NCBI GenBank assembly: GCA_013239625.1
Contig: MU054187.1
Span: 7,327,757-7,391,756, forward strand
Reading direction: 5' to 3'
From: Lama guanicoe
Taxonomy: Eukaryota
Length of the DNA stretch: 64,000 nucleotides
Shown piece after piece: positions 13,601-26,630 of this stretch. Below the pieces are notes generated by a model that was not told the DNA's origin, did not search any database, and saw only the letters and a program-made list of their open reading frames with translations. Within the stretch, counting starts at the first letter, position 1, and each line of letters starts with the position of its first letter. The translations under genes were made by a program, and so were the position numbers.

Positions 13601-16600
13601 ACAGAGGTTGATTAAGTATATTCAAAATTGTGATGATATTTATATATAAATTTGAGACATGTAAAATATCACTTTTGAGACTGTTGTTCATTCAACGATA
13701 GGTATTATTCTGAAGGGGCAAAGGTGTGTGAGTTTTGCTGTTGGTAAGATCATGGTCTAGTAGAGAACATAACAAACTATAAAGTAGAACACATGCCACA
13801 AAACCATGCAGAAAACCCCACAGCTCAAAGCGGCCCAGCGAAGACTCACTAGCGGTATTTCCCTTTCACTGACTCAGTATTTAAAGAGCTCAAAATCCTT
13901 TCATAAAGTAAACTTGACTGTCCCTCCTAGTGGACAAACGCCTTCAAAGCAAGGCCCTCCCTGTGCACCTCTTCATCTATGCACCCCTACAACCCTGCAC
14001 GGGGGCTCCTGCAAAACAGGGCTCAGGAAAGGTGTTTCTGAGGTACCCTTAGAGCACTGGTCACTGTCTGGTTATATTTTCGCGTATTTTTGAGGTTCTA
14101 CCTTATATTCTATTCTGGACTCATTTACCTTTGTCCATGACAAAGTACACTGCACAGAACAGGCACTGTAAATGTTTTACTAAATTGAACTAGTTTCACA
14201 GTAAATATTTACTGATCCAAATTGAACTGAATGCAATGACTATTCTGAACATAGATGTTTTTTTTAAAAAAGTAATAAATGAACACTGTTTAAAAGAAAA
14301 AAAAACCTCCTTTAATAAAAGCTTTACAGTAAAATGGACTTCCTCAACCCTACGCCCAATCAGAAACAACTAGCATTAAAATCTGTTGTGTTGACCTGAT
14401 AGACATATGTTACACGTATCTTCTTACCCTAACTTTAAAAACCAGCAAATGGGAGTATACTACACACACCACTATACGCCTTGCTTGTTTCATATCATAA
14501 TATCACACTGTTGGGGGAGGGCATAGCTCAGTGGTAGAGCGCGTGTTTAGCATGCACAAGGTCCTGGGTTCAATCCCCAGTGCCTCCACTAAAAATAATA
14601 ATAATAATAATAATTTTAAAATACATAATAAATCTAATTACCTCCCCCCCCCCAAAATCACACTGTTCAGGTAACAATAGTGATTCAGAGAAGCATCTAT
14701 AGAAACCCTCGTTTTTAACCTGCGCATAATATAAAAAGAGGAGATCTCCCCTCAGGGTTTGTGTTACTTCTTCCCAAGTGCTATTCAAATTACCTTCTGC
14801 AAGATGACCCATTAATATCCTCAGTCTTAGGGCTTATAAACCCCCTAAGCAAGCAGTATGCCTGCCATGCCATCCAAAGTTGCTCCGAAACATTTAAGAC
14901 AAGCATTAAAAGCATAAAGATTATGTCACATGTTTAAAGAAATATACGTGTCTGCTGTGTAATATTTATTCTTTAACCTGCCTTCTCCTCTCTGCAGGAC
15001 TTTTGCATCCCTAAAAAAAAAAATAATTCCTATAAAAGAACTCAGAAAACTAACGTTACACCACTGTAAGGTAGTTATGCAGAAACATGTATATTTATGT
15101 GTACGTTTTCACAAAAGCAGATCTCTTAGGCCCCCCACACTGTACTAAACCAACGCTGGCAACTTACCCATTAATAGACTGGAAAAGTTTTTGATATTCT
15201 TCAGCTTTAAGATCAAGCCTGAAAACAATAAAAAAAAAAAGTTACAAAACATCCATTTCCAAAACTTAAAATAAAAAATTAGCCTTTAGATAAAGTCACA
15301 GTATTAATTTTTAAAAGCAAGATGGGAAATAATTCTTAAATACTGGACAACATCACCTCTCTGCCTTCCTAGAGGCATTTTCCCAAACTACAAGAAAGCC
15401 ATATAATTATATCCTTGTTTTGCTAATAAGACAAGCAAATGTGTTTTTCTGTGGTCTAATATAACTTAATATTGTGAGACATATTAATATGCAAAACATT
15501 AAAGACCATGAGACTTGGGTGCCAGTGATTTCCTGCAAGCAAAGAACCATCCCAAAAAGGTAAGGATATTGGGCAGTTTTATGTAAGGACTAAATGAAGA
15601 GATTCATCAACATGCCTATCTTAACCACAGGTAGCTATGGTGGATACATACAAACACCAAGTCTCTGCTTCACCCCACCCCTATCGCCAGCCGCAAAGGC
15701 CTCAGAACCACTGTGTATTCCAAAGTCAGAAGAGTTGAGATCTAGGTACAGACCTCATGCAGATCCCTGCAGACGGGCCTAATTTGCCCAGGTAATCATT
15801 TTGAAACACCCTTCATCAAACATCTCGTAAGGGCTTCCTGACAACCACCAAGTTATGGATGATTTTATCCCCCTCGCCAGAGAAAACTCAAGTGATTAAT
15901 CTGCGACAACTGGCTACAACTTTATGTCACAGTAAGATGGGTTCGCTCTTCTAAACATTCAGCAAAATACAAAAGCAAGGGAAGAGAGCATCATGTTTAT
16001 GAACTCCTGCAAGAGCTTTTCTACACTTAGCAGTCTTCTGGTTCTGCAAGAGAGTAAGAAGGCACAATTCTTCTCAACTTGCCATAAAAGAAGTAGGCTG
16101 AAGATCAAGTATCACCTGCAGCCCATTCCTGCCCCTGAGGAAAGCTTCAGAGGACGTCAGGACACTTCCCCCCTTACTAAGTAGATGCCTGGTGCTCAGA
16201 ACGCGGCTGGGCTTTGCCAGCAAAGCCCTCTGCGCGCTCCCCTGAGTCCACACAAGCTTTGCTGTTCAGACATCCACAATAATCCTCCTCCTGGTAGAGA
16301 GCCACAAAGCAGTGGGTGACACTGCAATGGTCTGACCACCATCTTTCATGGGAAATTGGGCAGGTGGCCCCGACCCAGGAAGCAACAGGGAGATGAAACG
16401 TGGGCCCGTTTTCTGCCAGTTCAGTCTCCCCAGATTGTACCACAAAGAGGAAACCAGTCGGGACCCAGAATCTTCCCCATGGATATTTAAACCCAGAGGG
16501 GTAGCCACCACCATGAGGAACCAGAATGGACTTAGGTCACTCAGCTGCACTCCAGGGCCTGCTACCAACTAGCCACGCAGGCCAGTTCCAGTCATTCCAT

Positions 16601-19600
16601 TAATTCTAAAGTAAATGGCTCCCGCATTGTCCACGACTGAATTTTGGGGTCCTGCTTATCGATGTTAAAGGGCTTGATGAGTTGGGGGAGGTGGAGCAGC
16701 CTCGTGTCACAAACTCAAGAGCCTCAGAGGCCTGACAGGGAAACAGGCCAGGTCACATTCTTTGAACAGAGATGTTATTTGCATGTTGTCAGACTTTCTA
16801 GAAACATAAGACCCTCTCAACAGGTTCTCTTTAACTGAAGAAAAACGGCTTCGGTCTGGTAATGATGGCAAGTGACACAGCTTCAGTAGCAAGAGGAGCG
16901 GCAGGCACTGTTGCCAATGGAAGGCACTTGCTCCACCGAAAACCGGCTCCAGTTTGAATTGTCTTCAAAGAAAAGAACCAGAAATTCAGACTTTCATGAA
17001 GTCTTCTGATTTGTAAATATTGAAGTGTTTTAAAACACAGTGTGAATGAAACATATATTTAAACGTCTCAGGAGGAGGACACTCTGGGGGTTCCACTAGT
17101 CCTATGGCCGGAGTTTCTAGTAACTTGAGTGCACCAGGCACCCGAGGGAGAAGGCGGCGGAGAAAAGGCGGAAGGAGACCAAAGACAAGCCTCCTCACCT
17201 GTTCTAGAACTTTGCCTTGGTCTCCCACCCGCCTCCTTTTCTCTTCCGAACTGCAGAAGTTGGCCCCCAGCATCCAAATTCAGAAATGAACCCAACGTCA
17301 TTGGGGCAGCCACCTGTCTCATTCCACATTAGGTAACCCTTTGTGGGTTCTTCTGGGAATTTAGTTGTCATGTCTTACATTGCTTTTATAGGATCATATG
17401 ATTCTAATTCTGAGCAATACACCTTAAATTGAAATCTGGGAACCCAAGCTGGAAACAAACCTGAGTGCTGACAGTCACATTTTCAGTGTCTCAGCCATAA
17501 ATCCCAGCATTCTAAGAGCCACCCATTTCAAAATTTCCCTGGTTTCAAAACTTCCCCAGTTTCAAAACTTCTGTCATTCTCGTCTATTCTTCCCTGTGCC
17601 CTTTCATTCTATTAGTCATCAAGTCTTGTTAATTTTTTTAAGGACATTTACTTCTGGGTCCTACAAACACTGCACTAGGCCAAGCCCACATCACTTCAAA
17701 CCCAGCCCACTCACACCTAGCAGCAGTTACTGAACAGGTCTACCTGCCTTTGTCTCTCCTACCTTCCAGCCATGTCATCAGCACTAGGTCCTAAAAGAAG
17801 AGCCTGTAGAGGAAGCTTCTAGGACTGAAACTTTGAAACTTGGTCCTAAAGACTGCCCAGAGCCTCTGCCTCGGCTCTAAAACCCTGCTGTTATCTGGGT
17901 TCCGAATAAGATTTCTTTTGAAAAATTAGATCTGCTACTGTAAAATTAAAGACTCATGTCAAAAGCAAATGTTCACCCTGGAGCAGAGACAATTTGTAAA
18001 AGATTAAGCAAAAAGACAATCCTTATGAATCTAAACATGAAACTATTTTGTGGTACAAGTCTCTAAATTGTAATACTTGCACTTTGAGTATTAATGTTCT
18101 ATTTAAACAATACTTTTCATGGTTACAGCTTTCTGGTGCAAAATTACTTACACAAACAGGCTGCCAGAGCAAACAGTTGTGTTTTGTGAGTGACATTCCT
18201 TATAATGGAATAGGCGAGGGTGCTGGAAGATCCGAAAATACACCAATTTCAGATGAGAAGGTAATTATCAATACCCACAAGGTTTTGTTTGTTGAAAAAT
18301 TCAACTCTTTCCAAATTAAAATGACATGAATCGCTTACTGTCACATCACATCATGAACACGACATGAATCAGCTTATTCTTCCTAGGTCATTGATCACAG
18401 AAATAACGCAGCTCTTTTAAAACTGCAATACCTACAAGGTATACTGAGGTAGCACCGCTGTGTTAGTCACTTCCAAGCTTCCAGCATGTGAAGCTTTTTT
18501 GAAAGTCCTCTTGGAGAAAAAAGCGCCTCGATTCTCTGAGTGTCTCCTTACGCTAGTACTGCGGAGTGAAGCTGGTGACGCTGCAGATGCATGTACTCCA
18601 CAACTTTCCTGATGCCTGATGAAGGTCACCTTTTCCAGGGTGTAAAGGAACCCACCACTTCATAGAGACATTAGACAGAGATCTAACACCTGTAACTCAC
18701 CTCTAATGGTATCACAGATACACAGAGCTTTACACTTTAAACCACCCAATGAGAGACTCTAAGCATTAGATTTGTGACCAAAACCAGGTGTAACATTACC
18801 ACATTTAAATGAGGCAATCATAAGAGAGAAAGCATCAGTTTTAGAGATAAAAGATCACTTTAGAGTTAAAATAGCAGTTGCAGTTTTTATTATTCAATGT
18901 AAAAAAAAAATATGGCATCATACCTTATTGGTACAACTCTCGCGCCTGCAGACTCCAGATACTTTACATAGGATGCAGCAATATAGTATTTCCCCAGGAT
19001 TTTCATGTCCTTACTATGGCACTTTTGCATTAATATTCCTAAAAGACAAAAAAAAAAGTTTCAGTTTCAAGAAATTTCCTTTTTTCTTGCTCAGAAACTA
19101 ATAAACATCATCTTAAAAATATCTCTACTTGCTTAATTCGCAGAATTAAACATGAAGCTTCTCCTGAGAGCACATCTACAGACTTTGGGAATGGATGTAG
19201 TGGAGGCTGATCTGAGTTTTAAGCAGTCTGCTCTCTTGCCTCATCGGGGAGGCCAAATAAACCCCCAAAGCAGGTTTTCAATAGCACCAGCTGTTTCACA
19301 CAACCTGGACTCACCCTCAGAGCACAGGTCCTTAAACCTAGAAGGACGCCTCTCCCTTCCCACACGTTCAAAGGCACACTGCTTCCTTGACAACAAAGCG
19401 GAAGAGTGAAAGCATCTTCTAACCGTATCTCTCCAAGGTTATCACCACCACCTTCATCCAAGCAACTAACACCTTGCCTCCCCCATCCCAGACTATTATA
19501 AAAGGTCTCTCTACACAGTTTCTTAAACAGCTGCCACCAACTCCAACCAGTTCTCCACAAGGCAAGAAGCCGGATCATACCACCATTCATCCACTCAGCA

Positions 19601-21968
19601 TATGCTGCTGAATCATGCCACATACCAGCCATGAACTAGGTGCTGGGGACAGGTGAGTGCACACAACAAACAAAAACCCCTGCCCTGTGGGCTTTAATTC
19701 TAGTATGCTGAAGGGAAAAGAGAGAGGACACACAATAAACAAGATTAAAAGGTCAAACAATAGTGTGATGACTGGTGGTTTAAGTGCCAAGGAGAAAAAG
19801 TAAAGCAAAGGAAGAAGGTGTGTGTCTGGGGAAGGAAGGAGGAGGGTCCAATCTACAGGGGAGAAGAAGGTGGCCAGCCAAGTGCTCCTGAGAAGGTAGA
19901 ACATGACAGTGGAGCCAGGACTTCAGAGAGATGAGGGAATCAGCCACCTGCAGATATCTGCAGGAAGAAGGTTCCAGTGTGAAGGAACAGCCAGTGCAAA
20001 GGCCCTGACTCAGGTCTGTGCCTGTCAAACCACAGGAGTGCCTGACTAGAGCAGTAGGAGAGGAGAACAAGCCAGCAGGGGCGCCTCCTTGCTTGAGCAC
20101 TTCAACGGGCTCCCAAACTTTCAGACTCCGCAGAGCCAGGCGCTCTGTCTCACCTACCTCTCTGGCTGCCTCTTACCGCTGAAAGCTCAGCCCCAGCACA
20201 GTACTGGCATCCAGGACACACGAAAACATGTCTGCCTGGAAGGTACACCTGCGCCTGGATCACTCGCTACTTCACCGTTTGGAACACTTTCAATGTCTGC
20301 AGCCGCCTGACCGGGACAGCTGTCTGTCTGTCTGCATCAACCACCCATATTCCCAGCTTCTTAGAATAACCAGAATTTATCAGGCACTCAGTTAACATAA
20401 GCCAAATGCCAAACTCTGTTTAGTAAGACTCTTTTTTTTTTCTCCTCTTAGAGGGGTAAGATTGTATTTATTGAGGAAAATGAAATTGGGTAGAGGAAGA
20501 ATTAGGGAGCGTCACAGGAAATGGAGGGTCACAGGGCAGGCAAGGATGAGATGCCACAAAGGAGGGCTTGCGACATGCGGACACAGGGTACCAGAAAGGA
20601 GAAAAGAGCTTTAGACGAGGTAAGTTCCACCAACTTCTCCCCACCCTTCCCTATCGTACTCACTTTTCCCTCCTGGGACAAGAGCTCAGGCTGTACTCCC
20701 CATCCCTCAAAATGTGACCATATTCCCCCGAACTTTAAGGCCATCTGACGACTTTTGTGGCTTCCTTGTCTTTGAACCCTTTGTACTCCTAACTCAACGC
20801 CTTGTACACAGGCGTTCAGTCAACTACTTTTGTCTCAATTGATCAGGGTAACCAAAAGCATACTCACCTTCTCTATATTTGACCCAGACTTTTCCTAGAA
20901 CCCACTATTTCTAGCAGAAGGGAAAAAAAAATCATTCCTCTTCTTTCTTCTTTTCCTCCCCGCTGTACCCACACTTTCCAGCACACTGCATTGGAATTTT
21001 GATTTAATTCCCCTTGAAGACTCTAACCACTATTTGAAATAGCTTATAAAATAAGACATTTCAAGTTCTAAACATTGACACACAATAAATTTGGGCACCA
21101 CCAATATACATGAAACATGCTCACCTACTTTCTATTAAGTTACGAAATAAAGTGCCCATCTTCGTGGGGGAAAAATAGTATGAATGATGTAACACTACGG
21201 CTAAGATGAAATGAATCTTAACTTCCCACACATAGGTTAATCTGGCAAATTTAAAATTGGACTGATTTCTCCTGGATTGCTTTCTCCTACCCAGTCTCAA
21301 ATGTCTGTTCTGGCAATGCAAATTGATCAAACTGATTTTACTCTACATGCATTTGCTGAAAACGAAAAATGGCATGCTTCACTGTAGCACCGAATAGCAC
21401 TGACATTAGGATCACACCAGCCACCGCTGCCCTCCGCTGCTGAAGGTGACAAAGACCAAAGTATACCATAATTTCTTGATTATCTAGTCAATTCGATGTT
21501 TATACGTTATAATGCATTGTTTCCTGAAATACGCCCTCAGCCAGTGGAATTTTAATAAACTTGATGCATGTACAGAATCTGTTTAATTAGTGGAAATTCC
21601 TAGCTAGGTACAAAAACCATCAGCAGGATTCTTGACAGGGCATCCTCCTCCCAATTTTTAGAGCCACGGATTTGAGGAGATCACCGAGGCATTAATTAGC
21701 TCTATTTCAGCATGGTCCAATGATGTTTTGCCTCGGCCCCCGCGCCAAGCCTAACCCCGGACTTGGGTGTTTCCCAGGCGGGGCGCACCTGCCGGGGCGC
21801 AGCAGCTGGAAGTGCCGAGCGCGGCCCCCGGCGCCCCCCGCCCCCCGCCGCCTCCTTACCGATGATGGGCTTCTTAGAGGCGCGGCCGTGAGGCGCGGAC
21901 AGCCCGAGGCTCGCCGCCCCGCACAGCACCAGGCCCAGCACGCTCAGCAGGTGGCCCAGGCTCGCCAT
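4567..21968 (-). CDS. GGH: Gamma-glutamyl hydrolase, 9 coding exons: 21860-21968, 18924-19038, 15168-15218, 12758-12842, 11217-11355, 9011-9117, 8826-8916, 6179-6316, 4567-4688 (957 nt, 318 aa + TGA)
   Basis: Exon lengths 109+115+51+85+139+107+91+138+122 join in frame and all introns are GT-AG. Translation gives a signal peptide ([21 protein letters not shown]), [37 protein letters not shown], the catalytic Cys motif WGTCLGF, the His motif GVQWHPEK and the C-terminus FQQTYIFD*. Confidence 0.98.
6179..6316 (-). CDS. GGH: GGH exon 8 ([14 protein letters not shown]...FFVAE, catalytic His)
   Basis: Acceptor ctgcAG and donor GTAATA; 138 nt. Confidence 0.97.
8826..8916 (-). CDS. GGH: GGH exon 7 ([30 protein letters not shown])
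   Basis: Acceptor tttAG and donor GTACGT; 91 nt; preceded by a 94-nt intron. Confidence 0.96.
9011..9117 (-). CDS. GGH: GGH exon 6 ([35 protein letters not shown])
   Basis: Acceptor ttccAG and donor GTATCA; 107 nt. Confidence 0.96.
10060..10750 (+). mobile_element. MER21-like LTR in GGH intron 5
   Basis: Similar to the reverse complement of 60050-60945 and to the MER21 family as recalled; boundaries approximate. Confidence 0.65.
11217..11355 (-). CDS. GGH: GGH exon 5 ([20 protein letters not shown]..., catalytic Cys)
   Basis: Lies in ORF 11131..11379; AAG acceptor and GTAAGA donor; 139 nt. Confidence 0.97.
12758..12842 (-). CDS. GGH: GGH exon 4 ([28 protein letters not shown])
   Basis: Acceptor tttcAG and donor GTAAAT; 85 nt; PGG oxyanion-strand motif. 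Confidence 0.96.
14513..14656 (+). mobile_element. tRNA-derived SINE (camelid Vic-1-like) in GGH intron 3
   Basis: Box A TAGCTCAGTGG, box B GGTTCAATCC, (AAT)n tail; TSD atcacactgtt at 14502-14512 and 14657-14667. Confidence 0.92.
15168..15218 (-). CDS. GGH: GGH exon 3 ([17 protein letters not shown])
   Basis: Acceptor tttcAG and donor GTAAGT; 51 nt. Confidence 0.96.
18924..19038 (-). CDS. GGH: GGH exon 2 ([39 protein letters not shown])
   Basis: Acceptor ttttAG and donor GTATGA; 115 nt; conserved peptide. Confidence 0.97.
19585..20060. mobile_element. L2 3' fragment
   Basis: cattcatccactcagcata..ccag..ctaggtgctgggga..ccagtgcaaaggccctga pattern typical of L2. Confidence 0.65.
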
Positions 21969-22700
21969 CGCGCTCGCCGCCTCCCGCCTCCTTTCAAAGG
22001 CACTGCGGGCGCGCCGCCGAGTGCGGCAGCCGCGGCCTCGGGGCCGCTCCGGGGCGTCGGGCGGGGGCGGGGCGCCGCCGCGGACGCCATGGCCGCGCCC
22101 GCCCCATCGCTCCGAGCCCCGCGGCCCGCGCCCGCCGGGCGGGCCCTGCAAGCGCCCCTGCGAGTGCTGGGGGGGCACGGGGTGCCTTCCGCGTCCTCGA
22201 GCCTGCCCTTTCAGCTGTTCCCTCGACGTGACCTTAAGTCACACGTAGCTAACTGGGCTCCCAGGCCGTCGGAGAGGAGCCGCTGGGTCCCCGCCTGACC
22301 CAGTGGGTAACCAGGCAGCCAGGGAGGCTGGCGGCAGGTTCTAGAAGCCGCCCGAGAACTCTGAGCCAACTGTAGCTCCTGCCTGAAGCTGCCTTTAGGA
22401 ATGCTGGCAGCGGGTTGACCCCCAGCGTTCGGTGTAAGGCAGAACGGTGACTTCGGCGGTGACTTCCGCGTCCTGCTGCGTGTTTGCAGGGTCCGGGCAT
22501 CTGGACATAAACGAAGAGAAGACGAGGGATGTGAACTCGTCCACGGGCGCATGGCCTCACCTCAGAACTGGGTCAAGGAGGGGCCGACTCCTGGCATCGC
22601 CTGCCGAGGGGCATGGCCAGGCCGCGCCCGCAGACGAGGCCTCCTAACTTGACGGTTGACTGCAAGCACAGACCGACCGCCTGCCCTGTAGACGGAGCAG
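21700..22700. promoter_or_regulatory. CpG island / TATA-less GGH promoter with GC boxes
   Basis: Dense CpG around exon 1; GC boxes near 22063-22072 and 22098-22105. Confidence 0.9.
21860..21968 (-). CDS. GGH: GGH exon 1 coding part (signal peptide to KKPIIG)
   Basis: ATG at 21968 in context GCGCGATGG; donor G|GTAAGG at 21859. Confidence 0.97.
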
Positions 22701-23149
22701 AAAGGATGACTTCGGTTCCTAGTCATTAGAAGCTGTTGGAGGATTCTGTTTAAACATTTTAAGACGATTTAGAAACACGAGGCACATTTTGGTGGGAAAG
22801 TGACTAAAAGACAAGAAGCTTTTGCTTTCTGTGTGAAAACCTAAATACATAGGTGTGGCTCATGCTAGATGGGAGTTCCCACCTGTAAGGGTCAAATTCA
22901 GGATAAAATCGAAAAGCGTTTGAAAATCTACTCAATCAGTGCTAAGTATTGAGGATGCAAGATGAATTGGACAATTTTTTTTTTCATTAAGACGTCTACG
23001 ATTTCATAAGGAAAAAAGAGAACATGACTTGTGGAGAGAACAATAGCATAGATCTGGCAGATTTTAAGGAGAGTAAATGCAATATGTAGTCCGGTTTGAC
23101 AGGAAAGTAATGCCATGGTAGAAGGGCGTGGTGAGAGATAAACTCAAAG

Positions 23150-25800
23150 GATGTAGTTAAAGAGATTGTGAATGGCCCTGTGGACTCAGCTGACTGAAGA
23201 GATGAGGAGTCGTTGTAAATATGAACTTGGTGCTGGAGCAATTGACTGTCCACAAAGGAAAACATTAAAGTATTACCTGGCATTATACACAAAAATAAAC
23301 AGGTAAGATGTAAACATGAAAGACAAGGAATTAAATATAGTTCTATGTGAAAATATGAGGTTGTACATTCATGACTTAGGTTGTCAGAAGGATTGCATAA
23401 AACATTAAATAAACAGACGTGTTAGTGGGAAAAATCGATCGTTTAATGATGTTATAATTTTAACACTTCTGTGTAACTTTAAGTTAAAAAGGTGCAAACT
23501 TGGAAGGTGTATTTACAAAATACAGAATTTCGAAAGTGTTCATTTCTAGCACGTACAAAGAACTAAAATCAACAAGGAAGACAACCTAATAGATGGGTAA
23601 GGAAATGAAAAGACAGCTCAAACCTTCACTAATCATCAGGGAGTAACATGTCACATCCATCAAAATGACAAAAATGTAAAGCTCAAGAATTAGACGGGTA
23701 TAGGAAAATTAGAATTCTCTTAACACTGCTGGTAGACTTGTAAATTATTACAACTATTTTTGAGAGCAATTAGGCAATATCTGGTCAAGGTGAAGATGTA
23801 CACATTATGTTACAGCACTTTTTAGACATATAGGTCTGTACCCTAGGGAAATGCTAAACAAAACAGTATACAAATTTGTTCTTTATAGCATTTTTAATAG
23901 TGAAATAGTAATGCAATGTAAATCATCAGTAAAAGGATGAATCAGTACATTGTATAATTAATAGATAATTAGGATGCATGAAAATTAATGAATTGGAGCT
24001 ACTTAACAACAGAGATAAATCTCTGTGAATAAGAGATAACAGATAAGTTTTATGCTGGAGTCCAGAGGATTATGCCAACTGCCTGAACCAGACTGTCCAC
24101 ACATCTTTAAAAAAAACCCATGAGATGTACAAGGAGTGTGTATAAAACTGCACACAATCCATGCCTTTATGGACATACTAGGAGACAGGGTACCACAAAC
24201 ATCAATTTACTAGAAAATTGATAGGTAGCAGACTCCACTGTTGAAGATGCAAGGCGTCAGAGAATCTTTGAAAAAGAGGAAAGACTCATGGATGATCTAG
24301 ACAAAGCATGGGCAAAATTAAACTTAACAGAAAAAGTGCCAAAATTCTGAACACAGTCTGGGTCTGGCTATCAGGAAGGAGCCGGGGCTGGCAGCTCCAG
24401 GTAAGCATTGTTTCTGAGAGGGAAGCAGCTAAGCTGATGAGGGGACAGTGTCCCTTAAAGACATGACAGTGAAGGGAAAGAAGGAAGTGAGGGGGGAAAT
24501 GAAGGCACCTGTAGAAACAAAAGAGAAATGAGTCACCTGACCTGACCCCAGCATACACACAACTGCCACCACTGAAAAACGCTATCTGTTAAAGGACTTG
24601 CACTTCATTATACTGGCACATTGAAACACTTTTCAACTGGGAAGGTGTCTTTTAAAAGAATCAAACCAACACAACATAAAACTACTCTGAGAAGAAAATA
24701 GAAAAGCTGAATGGTAACATTTCACCTAATGAATATTATCCCTCAAGAAAACAAACAAAGCAAACAAAACCGTGAGAACAAGCTCCAAACTAAAATTGAA
24801 CATTTTTAAACAAGCATTAGATAATAATGTGGGTACATATCAAATCTAGATCCGAAGTTTACAACCTAAGAACAGAAATGGACAAAAATAGGAAAGAATG
24901 CCACAAGAGTTGATCAAATCAGGACAGAAATTGACGGAAAAGACAAAACCATTTCAGAAATGAAGAATAAATTACCACCATGTATCTAAGGCAGAAAAGA
25001 TTCAAGTGGAATTTTAATAAAAATCAGTGAAAAAAATGAAGGAAACAACCAAGAGAATGAAAATTATATGAAGTAAAACAGGTCAGAGAGTAAGTACTTG
25101 AAATGGAAGATGAGAAAAGACAATTCAACGTACATATTGTTGGAATCCTGCACGAGGAAGAGAACAAAGCAATGGAGGAAAATTAGTATTTATAATATAA
25201 TCCGAAAGAACTTTCTGTAAATAAGAGAAAAATGGTAAAAGTAGACCTGGGATGATCAACTCTGAGACCAATTCTAGTAAAATTATTGGCTGTTAAGGAA
25301 AAAGAAAAAAATCATGAAGTCCACTAGGCAAAATAATCGATTTACGTGTGAAGGTGAGAATATTAGTGTGACCTCACACTTCTCAAGCCAACAGTGATAC
25401 ATCATTTCAAGAAAAAGTCAAGTAAATTCTTAGTCAAAGGTTCTCTACGCAGCTGAACTATTTTCAAGTATGAGGGCTATAGAAACACAGCTTTAACATG
25501 CTGTAACAAGGGAACACTGCTCTCACATGCCCTTCCTGAAAAACCAACCAGGAGATGAACTTCATCTGAACAAAAGATGACTAGAAAAATTTAGCAAAAT
25601 AACTGTCAGTGAGCATTTAATATATTTAATAGTACAGCTAAGACTAAAATGAGGATGGAATATAGGTCAAAGAATAGAATGTAAACATTATTTTATGTTC
25701 TGCCAAGTAGGAAGCATACAGCTAAAAAAATGAGAGGAAAAGGGAAAGAGACAGGGAAAAGTAAAATAATATCATTAATTGTGTATCAGTAACAGGTGGG
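23150..25800 (+). mobile_element. Old degenerate L1 fragments (ORF2-end-like about 23200-24030; ORF1-like about 24700-25600)
   Basis: A-rich sense strand with decayed L1 motifs and no open frame; boundaries approximate. Confidence 0.6.
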
Positions 25801-25832
25801 AGTCGGAGGTGTCACTTAAAACTGACCAACCA

Positions 25833-26120
25833 CAAAAGGCACAAACTTCCAGTTTATAAGATAAATGAGTGCCAAGTATGTAATGTATCGTATAAAGATC
25901 TTAGTTGACACTATGTGGTGTATGGTATATTTGAATATTATTAAGAGAGTTAATCCTTAGAGGTCTCATCACGGGGGGAAAACACACTTTTTTTTCTTTA
26001 TTTTGTGTGCATCCATATCCTGACACTTGTAATCATTTCACAATATATGTAAGTCAAATCATGCTGTACACCTTAACTTTATACAGTGCTGTCAATTATA
26101 GCTAAATAAAACTGGGGGGA
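25833..26120 (+). mobile_element. Short 5'-truncated L1 3' UTR insertion
   Basis: L1 3' UTR motifs ending in AATAAA; perfect 15-bp TSD aaaactgaccaacca at 25818-25832 and 26121-26135. Confidence 0.9.
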
Positions 26121-26274
26121 AAAACTGACCAACCAGATAGAAAAAGTTAAGTAAAGAAAAATAAAGGACCTGATAAATGGTGCAAATATCCATACATACA
26201 CAGATACAAGAGAGCTAATTATAGAGCTATGTCTTGGCCCAGACAGAGAGACTAGTGGGGAAAAGAGAAATCTT

Positions 26275-26630
26275 TCTGAGGTTTTGTCGTATGTTTTTCG
26301 TTTGGAAGCTTTCCTCTGTCTCCTCCTTTTTGTGCATTCTCCGTGCTTATTTCTGTGTGTGAGGTTGGTCAGTTATGTTTCTTGATCTCCGAGAAGCAGT
26401 CTTATGTAGGAGATGTCCTATGGGGCCCAGGAGCAAGCTCCCCTCTGGTCACCAGAGCTGTATGTCTAGGGGTGCCCCCTGGGTGGGCTGTGTGTGCCCT
26501 CATGTGGTGGGGGGCCTGCTGTGTGGCTGTGCTGAGAGGCAGGATTGTCCCTGGCCTGCTTGGCTACACTGCCTTGCCTCAGGGGATGGCCGCCCGCCGC
26601 TCCCACATGGCTGTCTGCATGGCCAGGGGG
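26275..26630 (-). mobile_element. L1 5' UTR/ORF1-start fragment, antisense
   Basis: Resembles the antisense L1MA-type 5' region (ccctctggtcaccagagctgtatg..ggggtgccccc). Confidence 0.6.

Noticed and set aside
14513..14590. tRNA-like sequence (also at 49606, 57028 and 62570-62650)
   Set aside because: A-rich tails, TSDs and divergence between copies show these are SINEs, not tRNA genes.
21702..22560. Long ORFs on both strands over the GGH CpG island (192 aa, 158 aa, 113 aa)
   Set aside because: Stop-poor GC-rich DNA giving low-complexity Ala/Pro/Arg/Gly peptides. Only 21860-21968 is GGH coding sequence.
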